Positions 53,825 through 61,583 of a stretch of DNA of 64,000 nucleotides are shown in pieces. The notes under the pieces are model-generated. The model was not told the origin of the DNA, ran no database searches, and was given only the letters and a program-made list of their open reading frames with translations. The DNA lies in the IMG/VR virus record IMGVR_UViG_3300032050_000011. The stretch is one strand, 5' to 3'. The DNA is from a virus. A program made the position numbers and the translations under genes. How positions within the stretch are numbered: the stretch's first letter is position 1; the number at the start of each line of letters is the position of its first letter.

Positions 53825-54394
53825 TTAGTCGTCTTCGCCCTCTATCTCGTCTATTAGACCTAGATCAAGAGCTTTTTCTGAAGAAATATAAGTATCAAAG
53901 TCCATCATTTTTTGGAGTTGCGCTAGCTTAAAACCTGAATCTTTTTCATTTATCTTAGATAAATAAATAGCCATGCAGATCTTATCCATCTCATCATTTT
54001 CTTGTACTGCACGCTTAACATCATTAAAATGACCATTGACATCCATCTGACCTCTATGTATCATCAATCTTGAATGCTTACTCATGACTCTAACATCTGC
54101 CGCTTGCAATATGATGCTACCCATACTCATCGCTACGCCTATTACCTTAACGGTAACAGCATTTCCGCAGTCTTTTATAGCATCATAGGCCGCAAAACCA
54201 AGATTGACATCTCCGCCGCTTGAGTCAAGCACTACTAATATTTCGCCATCTGTTTTATCTAGATACTTTATCAACTTAACAAACTTATGTATGTTCTCAC
54301 TGTCGACTTCGCCCTGCAAGTAGATTATTCTGCCGCGTATATCTATACCATGCTCTATGAGAATATCAAAATCAGTCTGTCGCCTGTCGTTCAT
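53825..54394 (-). CDS. clpP: second ClpP-like protease subunit
   Basis: RIIYLQGEVD, DSSGG, AMSMGS, MIH, DTY, LGLID; start moved to MNDRRQ. Confidence 0.85.
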   Translation of the reverse strand: MNDRRQTDFDILIEHGIDIRGRIIYLQGEVDSENIHKFVKLIKYLDKTDGEILVVLDSSGGDVNLGFAAYDAIKDCGNAVTVKVIGVAMSMGSIILQAADVRVMSKHSRLMIHRGQMDVNGHFNDVKRAVQENDEMDKICMAIYLSKINEKDSGFKLAQLQKMMDFDTYISSEKALDLGLIDEIEGEDD

Positions 54395-54487
54395 ATATGT
54401 CCCTTGACACTGCCACGGCAGCATACTATATCTAGCATTATACCTGGTCTTGCTTTGGCAGATTCGATATAAAATCAAGAGGTTAAG

Positions 54488-54781
54488 ATGAGTAAAACAA
54501 ATGAAGAACTTGTAAGAGAATTTTTAGAAAAAGGTGGAAAAATAGAAGTGCTACCACCTGCTGACAATAATCAGGTAAATCCTATATCTAGTATTACAAG
54601 TCAGCCAGTTAAACTTCTCTCGCTAGAAGAGGCAGAGTCCCTATACGGCGAAAAAACAGAAAGAAAAAGTAAGGCTAAAAAGCCTGACCTAAAAAACATA
54701 AACATGAATCTAATACCCGATCATTTGAAGAAATACATATTGTCGAAGTTCGACAATGATATTACAAAGGAGAACGAATGA
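54488..54781 (+). CDS. SutA-like motif protein
   Basis: EFLEKGGKIEVL; also INMNLIPDHLK. Confidence 0.5.
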   Translation: MSKTNEELVREFLEKGGKIEVLPPADNNQVNPISSITSQPVKLLSLEEAESLYGEKTERKSKAKKPDLKNINMNLIPDHLKKYILSKFDNDITKENE

Positions 54782-55935
54782 AGCCAATTAGAATCTTAGA
54801 GGTGCTAAAGCTTGCAATGGCAGCACGCAAGAATGACGATGTATTTAATCCGCTATTTACAGGCGATGCTGGTCTGGGTAAATCTCAGATCTGTCAAAAG
54901 TTTGTAGATGTAATGAGGGTCACGGGTTTTCCAGAGGCAGGTATCGATGCAGATCCTGATTTCGGTTTTCTTGACCTACGCATTGCCTACTACGAAGCTC
55001 CCGACCTTATCGGGTTTCCTGAAACTGTCTCAGATGACAGAGGCACCAAGCGCACGACTCATTGTCTACCTGATTTCTGGCCAACAAGAGGCCAAGGTCT
55101 TATTCTTCTCGAGGAACCTAACCGCGGCACAACCGGTGTCATGAACTGTCTCATGCAGCTTCTAACCGACCGTAAAATAAATAAATACGAGCTGCCACAA
55201 GGCTGGATCGTAGCGTCCTGTATCAACCCAGACACGGCAGAATATGATGTGAATGCCATGGATGCCGCTCTTCGTAACCGCTTCGAGGAATACGAGGTCG
55301 AATACGATGCAATCTCCTTCATTGATTACATCGAATCAGCAGGCTGGCATGACACAGTGCAGATGTTCATTAAATCAGGTGTCTGGGTCTACAAGGACAC
55401 AAAGTCCATCGGCGACAACGGCAAGTATATCTCGCCTCGTACCTGGTCCAAAGTCAATGCTGCGGAGAAAGCAGGTGTAGGTGCAGATCGTCGTCTCCAC
55501 CGCGAGACCATGACATCCATTCTAGGCCGTGACATCGGTAATGAGTATCACAAGTTCTGTTATGACGAAGCTCCGGTTACTGCTAAAGATCTTATTGCAG
55601 ACAAAAAGAAAGCTCTCAAGCGTCTTGAAAAGCAATCTGATCCTAACTCTTATAAAGGCGATATGATTGCTGTTACAGTGGAATCAATCGCTCAGTATTA
55701 TTCTTGTACGATCGACGATGACAAAGATAAAGGTCTTGTTGGCGAGAATACAATGGCAGAGGTTGCCAAGATCATTCCTTCCGATCAGGCCATCAATCTT
55801 ATCAAGCAGTGCGGTTTCAAGCAGAGCAAAGGTTCTATCACCACTTTCTTCCGTGATTTTGTTGCTCGCCACCCTGACTTGACAAAAGTATTGAAAGGTA
55901 ATATTAGATTAGATAGAAGCGTAGGAAAAGATTAA
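54778..55935 (+). CDS. MoxR-type AAA+ ATPase
   Basis: GDAGLGKS, LLEEPNR, NP, MDAALRNRF, SPRTW. Confidence 0.85.
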   Translation: MKPIRILEVLKLAMAARKNDDVFNPLFTGDAGLGKSQICQKFVDVMRVTGFPEAGIDADPDFGFLDLRIAYYEAPDLIGFPETVSDDRGTKRTTHCLPDFWPTRGQGLILLEEPNRGTTGVMNCLMQLLTDRKINKYELPQGWIVASCINPDTAEYDVNAMDAALRNRFEEYEVEYDAISFIDYIESAGWHDTVQMFIKSGVWVYKDTKSIGDNGKYISPRTWSKVNAAEKAGVGADRRLHRETMTSILGRDIGNEYHKFCYDEAPVTAKDLIADKKKALKRLEKQSDPNSYKGDMIAVTVESIAQYYSCTIDDDKDKGLVGENTMAEVAKIIPSDQAINLIKQCGFKQSKGSITTFFRDFVARHPDLTKVLKGNIRLDRSVGKD

Positions 55936-55973
55936 CCAATACGCTTTTAAGCCTGTAGAATTATAGGCAATTC

Positions 55974-56012
55974 GGCCGCATGGTTTATCCCTTTGTCCAT
56001 GCGGCCTTTTTT
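55974..56012 (+). terminator. intrinsic terminator
   Basis: GGCCGCATGG...CCATGCGGCC plus T6. Confidence 0.75.
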
Positions 56013-56024
56013 AAATGAGGTTTT

Positions 56025-57134
56025 ATGAATAATGAGATGCTCACTAAAGTAATAAATCTAGTTAATTCAACTAATGAAATGATAAAACTTAGAAACGAAG
56101 AAATACAACTTTATCATAAACTTACTAGGGCTATCATTGGTCAAAAACTATTAAAAGACCAAAAATCTAAAGAAGTTAAATCTATCGAACTACCCGTAAA
56201 GACACAAAATATTCTGAAAGAGCACGGCGTAAGATTTGGTTGGCCACATGGAACAAGCATTAAATTATATGACTCTGGTGCAGTAGAAGTATTAGCAAGT
56301 ATAAAAAATACAACTACTTATATATTCGTAATTGAAGATAATACTATATTAATTCCAGCTTAGGTAAGTACCATAATGGCAAGAAAAAAGAAAGTTCTAA
56401 GAGAATACAACGTCTGCAAGTGCTTAGTAACTAACATACAGTCAGTTACAGGGCATAAAACACACGAGATACTATCATATATGCATTCTCTAGCAGAGAA
56501 CTGCATAAAAGAGAATGGATTAAGAGTAGATAAATATGAAGAAGTGTCCTACTACGAGCCGACTATAATTGACTACTCCTATTATCCTAACACTAAGATA
56601 TATCTAGCCGTATCTATTAGTAGAATTTCTAATCTAATAGAAGAAGACAATTCCGACGACTTAGTACAGTGCATGTATGTAGACTACAAGTTCTACACGC
56701 CTTCTTCTATTAAAAAACTAACACAAGAACAGTTTGACGATATAGTTATCGATGCAATGCTGACTGACTTTTCTATGGACTTTGATCCGCCTGCTATAAA
56801 GAAAAGAAAGACGCTTGTTCAACTAAAGAAAGAAGAAAAAGAGCGTGAGGCTAAAGAAAAAGTAAGACAAATTAATTATCTAAAAAAAGAACTAAAAAGT
56901 CTTCTTAGGCAAACTCTAGAATATAAAGCAAATGCTGTAGATGACAGTTCCACTAAATCTACAAGAAACTACTATGTTAGACAATTTAAAAAAAGTGAAA
57001 GAGAAATAAACTATGTAATTAATCAGCTAAAAAACCTAGGCGATAAAACACATGAGGTGCTTTTGACCCCAACAGATTCGATAAATAATCAAACGGAGGG
57101 CAAATGTCAAACCAAAGTCAAACTCAAGCTCTAG
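56025..57134 (+). CDS. hypothetical proteins (56025-56363, 56376-57134)
   Basis: ORF track. Confidence 0.6.
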
Positions 57135-58585
57135 ATCTCACAGAAGAAGAGAAACAACATCTTGAAGAACTAAAGCGCAAAGCCAAAGAAGCTGGCATGC
57201 GATCTCGTGAAGAAGCCCTAGAAGCTGCGAAGCGCGAAATGGTGGGTGCAGACGAACAAAAGCAATGTTTGCAAACCGCAATATTTCAGACGACTAAAAC
57301 AAATCCATTCATGGGCTCTGTACTTCAGTGTATGAACATGACCTATAGCCACGTGATTCCAACTGCTGGTGTTATGTTTAATGCTGAGTTGAAGCGCTGG
57401 GATATGCTGTTAAATCCATATTTTTTCTGTCGTAAACTAAATGAAGTACAACGTAAAGCAGTTTTATTGCATGAGCTCTATCATATTACTCACAAGCATC
57501 CGCTACGTGTTCCATTCATGAAACTATCAAGCCATAAGCGTCAGCTCATGAACATCGCTATGGACATGGCAATTAACCAATTCATTAAAGATCTTCCAGC
57601 CGGATGCCCTCAGTGTCCGCCGCGTAAGCCAGGCCAATTCGCGTCCTTGCCATGCGAAAATCCAGACTGCTGTGGCTCAGGTATCGACATCAAAGATTTC
57701 TTCGACACAGACAAAAATGGCAAAATAGTTCAATGGGAAGCACGTCAGCCAGCTGAGCACTATTACGAAAAGCTAATGGAAAGATTTCAGGATCCAGATC
57801 CGGAAGATCAAGACAATAAGGATGGCAACGCAGGTGGTGGTGCAAGCAGCGGCGATCTTCCAAAAACAACTGATGTTCACCACTGGGATGGCTCAAGTGA
57901 AGAAAAAGATATGCTTGAAGCAACTGAAGATCTAGTTAAGCGTGCAATGATTAAATGCAAGTTTGGCCACGATGAGCTGCCAGGTCATATCAGAGAACTA
58001 CTTGACCATATTAAGCAGCGCAGAGCAGAGCTAGACTACAAACGTCTGATTCTTCAGGCGATGAAGTCCTCGCTTCCTGCCAACTTTCGCGTCAAATCAT
58101 GGACTCGTAAGAGCAAACGCTATGGCGCAAAAGCACCAGGCAATAAGAATGGAGAAGAACCTAAGCTAGATAATTTTATCGACACATCAGGATCTATCTC
58201 CATCGAAGAAGCAAATAACTTCCTAGATATCGTAGATGAGTTCTTGCGTGTTGGCGCTAGGAAGTGTACACTCAATATGTTTCATACTTCTAACTATTAT
58301 CGCGAAGACTACAAGCGAGGTCAGCGTATCAAGCGTGAAGATATTCAGTCAGGCGGAACATGCCTAGAAGATTCATTCCGCGTGATTGCAAAATCTAGAC
58401 CTGACCTAGCGATTATCTTAACCGATGGCTACTACAGCCATGTTGATACAAAGAAGCTGGTAGGCCCAAATGGCAGGTTTCCAAATACTGTGTTTATCAT
58501 CAGCAAGGATGGTACTACGGATCATCCGTTTAAAAATGAACCGTGGGCAAAGACAGTACAGATTCCAGGCAGTGTGAAGCGATGA
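57104..58585 (+). CDS. HExxH metallopeptidase-like plus VWA domain protein (DUF2201-type), MoxR partner
   Basis: HELYH, NIAMD.AIN; DTSGS, GGT, LTDG MIDAS motifs. Confidence 0.85.
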   Translation: MSNQSQTQALDLTEEEKQHLEELKRKAKEAGMRSREEALEAAKREMVGADEQKQCLQTAIFQTTKTNPFMGSVLQCMNMTYSHVIPTAGVMFNAELKRWDMLLNPYFFCRKLNEVQRKAVLLHELYHITHKHPLRVPFMKLSSHKRQLMNIAMDMAINQFIKDLPAGCPQCPPRKPGQFASLPCENPDCCGSGIDIKDFFDTDKNGKIVQWEARQPAEHYYEKLMERFQDPDPEDQDNKDGNAGGGASSGDLPKTTDVHHWDGSSEEKDMLEATEDLVKRAMIKCKFGHDELPGHIRELLDHIKQRRAELDYKRLILQAMKSSLPANFRVKSWTRKSKRYGAKAPGNKNGEEPKLDNFIDTSGSISIEEANNFLDIVDEFLRVGARKCTLNMFHTSNYYREDYKRGQRIKREDIQSGGTCLEDSFRVIAKSRPDLAIILTDGYYSHVDTKKLVGPNGRFPNTVFIISKDGTTDHPFKNEPWAKTVQIPGSVKR

Positions 58586-59014
58586 GTAACTTTGGCTTAA
58601 ACTTAAGAAGCCACAAATGGCGCTGGACCTATGACGAGCAAGGTACAGACGCCTACAATGTATTGGGTGCACTAGAGTGCACTCTTTATAATTTAAGCAT
58701 AATGGCGCCATTAAATAATTATTGGAATATGGATGAAATGGAGCGTTTTGGTTTTGAGTTTAGCTTCTTAACCAAGCGAAACATAAAGGACAACTGTGGA
58801 CAATAGTAGGATCGCCTTAAAAGGCCTCAGAAAGAACGATCAAGGAGACATAGTCGAGTATGATCTTAGCATAAAATTAAATGAAATAACTGTAATCTCT
58901 ATGGTTAGAGATGAGGCCTATGTATCTATATTTAATGGTCGTTGTTATAGGGTTAGTCATAGTTTTGATGAATTAAAAAGACTAATAGAAAACACAGAAA
59001 CAAGCCAACTGTAG
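58582..59014 (+). CDS. small hypothetical ORFs (58582-58806, 58796-59014)
   Basis: ORF track, overlaps. Confidence 0.5.
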
Positions 59015-59060
59015 CAGTGTCAGAGGCTATTTATAGTAAATTATATGGTATAATATAGGT

Positions 59061-59576
59061 ATGGAAAACACTAAGCTGCTTGATTCTTTACAAGAAATTT
59101 ATGATGACCTAATCTGGCTCGAAGAGCAGGTTGCCTCTGATCTAAATAAGGGGCCCAACTATTGGAAAGACAAGGACCCGGCTAAGTATAAGAAAATGCT
59201 AACAAAATTGCGAAGAGATCGCAAAACACCTGGCCATAAAGAGCGCGGCTATCAGCAGGTTCTTCAGGCTAAGCGGCGTGAAAAAGGTAAGCCTGGCACG
59301 CGTAGCGGCCAAAATGGCAAGAAGGGTCACTCTTCAGGGCATATGAAGACTAAGACAGGTGCTGCAGCGAAGCGCTATGCTTCTGCCGAGAAAAAGCATG
59401 GTAAGAAGATGTCAATGAACCGCAAGAACAACAATAAAGGATACGCCTCGGGCAACGTAAAGCTTATATCTCAGAAATACAATAAGGGCGACGAAAAGTA
59501 TTCTAGAAAAGCACCTGAAAATAATCTTAAAAGTAAATTAAAAAAACTAAAAAAAGCATTACTTGATTATCTTTAA
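59061..59576 (+). CDS. very basic protein with degenerate HNH-like motif (leaderless)
   Basis: K/R/G-rich; NRKNNNKGYASGNVKLIS; TGGTATAAT 6 nt before ATG. Confidence 0.6.
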   Translation: MENTKLLDSLQEIYDDLIWLEEQVASDLNKGPNYWKDKDPAKYKKMLTKLRRDRKTPGHKERGYQQVLQAKRREKGKPGTRSGQNGKKGHSSGHMKTKTGAAAKRYASAEKKHGKKMSMNRKNNNKGYASGNVKLISQKYNKGDEKYSRKAPENNLKSKLKKLKKALLDYL

Positions 59577-59582
59577 TTAAAT

Positions 59583-60143
59583 ATGGAAAAACTACACATA
59601 TCTGAAAATGGTCAGTGGCAGCTAAATAAAGTTTTACTAAATTCAATAAGTCCTGCGGACGCAGAAGTTAAGAATCCAGAAGCAGACAGAAGAAATATAT
59701 CGGTGGTAAACAAGCAGCTGCCAAACGGTCTGATCTATAAGCAGTTTAAAGTACGCGGAAGCAACAGCAACGCTAGAATTCATACGTTATATGAGAAAAA
59801 TAACCCCGAACCTGTAAGCATAATGAATACATCAGATTCTCAAGATGTCGGCAACGACAAAATCTATAAGAATACAGTTAACTGGGCGTCAACTATACCA
59901 GAGCATCAAAAAAAAGGTCTTGGTAGACAGCTATATTTGGCCGCACTAATGCATTTGGGCACAATACACTCTGATGATAACATATCTCCGCATATACATA
60001 AACTCTGGGGCAGTCTATCAAAGATACCTGGGCTTTCGGTGCGACTGAGTGCTGGAGATAGTGAACTGCATAGACACAGAGCAGAACTAGATCCAAGCAA
60101 AAAACTAGATCTTAATTCGCTATTTCATAGTATAAATCTCTAA
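59583..60143 (+). CDS. GNAT acetyltransferase-like protein with N-terminal NGQW tag
   Basis: PEHQKKGLGRQLY acetyl-CoA motif, SD..S....LW. Confidence 0.7.
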   Translation: MEKLHISENGQWQLNKVLLNSISPADAEVKNPEADRRNISVVNKQLPNGLIYKQFKVRGSNSNARIHTLYEKNNPEPVSIMNTSDSQDVGNDKIYKNTVNWASTIPEHQKKGLGRQLYLAALMHLGTIHSDDNISPHIHKLWGSLSKIPGLSVRLSAGDSELHRHRAELDPSKKLDLNSLFHSINL

Positions 60144-60169
60144 TAGCGTAAAATTAAAGCCACAACCAT

Positions 60170-60511
60170 ATGACAGCTAATTATAAAAGAAAAAGACTTA
60201 TTGAAAAAAATAGCTCGGATAGGGAGACGACTGCGATTCGTAAGCAGCTCAATTCCTCAGAGAGAATTAAGACAAAAAATGAGATTAAAAAAAATATAAG
60301 CGATAGAATACAAATAGCTCAAGAACTAAGATGGGAGTTCGAGGTGAAGCAGTCATCAGAATGCCATCATAATGAAATATTTGGCCCACACGTGCATATG
60401 CAAACAATGCTAGCACTGCTGGATGTAGGTGATTTCGATCTATATCGCTGCACATGCCTAGACACTTACAAACTATCCGATGAACAGATATTGAAAATGT
60501 TTGGCCTATAA
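60170..60511 (+). CDS. hypothetical protein
   Basis: ORF track. Confidence 0.55.
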   Translation: MTANYKRKRLIEKNSSDRETTAIRKQLNSSERIKTKNEIKKNISDRIQIAQELRWEFEVKQSSECHHNEIFGPHVHMQTMLALLDVGDFDLYRCTCLDTYKLSDEQILKMFGL

Positions 60512-60566
60512 TTACTCTGTAATTTCATAAACGTATAATATCTTTAAGATTATAAAAAGAGGTAGT

Positions 60567-61583
60567 ATGCGACTTGGCTTTGCCTGCAAATATATGCATG
60601 ATATTGAGCTTCCAGCAAAAGAGCTAGAGGCTATCGAGTCACGACTTAACTGTCGTACGACCACGTTTACGTGGGCAAATAAACAGAAGCGCTCTGTCGC
60701 AGAGGAGCGATTGCACTCAATACTAGATCATAACCTAGCTGCACTCGGCGGAATTATAGACTATGTGGGAACACTGGATCCTGAATTGCGTATGTTTCGC
60801 ATCAGCAGTGATATATGCCCGCTATACACACATCCAAATTGGATCAGCTTCTGGAAAAGCTGCGAACTACAATCGAAGCTTGAAAAAGAATTAACGCATA
60901 TAGGTGGCAAGACGCGGGATCTAGGCATCAAGGTTTCCTTTCACCCAGCTCAGTTTACTGTGCTAGCGAGTGACAAGGACGATGTGGTAGACAGGTCACT
61001 AGAAGAGTTTGAATATCATGCGGATATGGCTCGATGGCTTGGCTACGGCAAATCTTTTCAAGATGGCTGCAAGATAAATATACATATTGGTGGTAAAGGC
61101 GGTACCTCTACGCTTATAAAAAACCTAGGTCGACTATCTGATGTGGCTAGAAATCTAATCACAATAGAAAATGACGAGTTTAGTTATAGCCTAGATGAGA
61201 CAATTAAACTTAAACAACATGTCGCATTAGTTTTAGATGTACACCATCACTGGATAAACACAGGCAAATATATCGAACCTGACTCAGACAGCGTTAAGCA
61301 GGTTATAGAAAGTTGGCGAGGTATAAGACCTAGTATGCACTATAGTATATCTAAACAATCAGTTTTTGCCGATCATTCGTCAGATGAAAAACCTGATCTT
61401 GCACTACTATTAAGTGCTGGCTACAAAAAAACAGCTTTAAGAGCTCATTCAGACGACTACTGGAATCTGGCATGCAATGACTGGATCTCGGGCTTCAGAA
61501 AAGACTTTGACATAATGTGTGAAAGCAAGAGTAAGAATTTAGCCTCTATAAAATTGTTAGATTATTTGCGAGGTAAACAATGA
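60567..61583 (+). CDS. uvsE: UV damage endonuclease
   Basis: RLGFAC, FRISS, HPAQF, NIHIGG, IENDE, LDVHHH, RAHSD. Confidence 0.9.
   Translation: MRLGFACKYMHDIELPAKELEAIESRLNCRTTTFTWANKQKRSVAEERLHSILDHNLAALGGIIDYVGTLDPELRMFRISSDICPLYTHPNWISFWKSCELQSKLEKELTHIGGKTRDLGIKVSFHPAQFTVLASDKDDVVDRSLEEFEYHADMARWLGYGKSFQDGCKINIHIGGKGGTSTLIKNLGRLSDVARNLITIENDEFSYSLDETIKLKQHVALVLDVHHHWINTGKYIEPDSDSVKQVIESWRGIRPSMHYSISKQSVFADHSSDEKPDLALLLSAGYKKTALRAHSDDYWNLACNDWISGFRKDFDIMCESKSKNLASIKLLDYLRGKQ

Larger units (their letters stand above)
21314..59022. repeat. dispersed TTGACACTGCTACGCC motif (8 copies)
   Basis: 21314, 21594, 22341, 22763, 23725, 36988, 54404 (variant), 59011-59022 (reverse, 12 bp). Confidence 0.85.

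Noticed and set aside
59061-59576. Active HNH homing endonuclease
   Set aside because: Only a degenerate NNNKGY..GNV remnant without catalytic His/Asp; more likely a basic DNA-binding protein.
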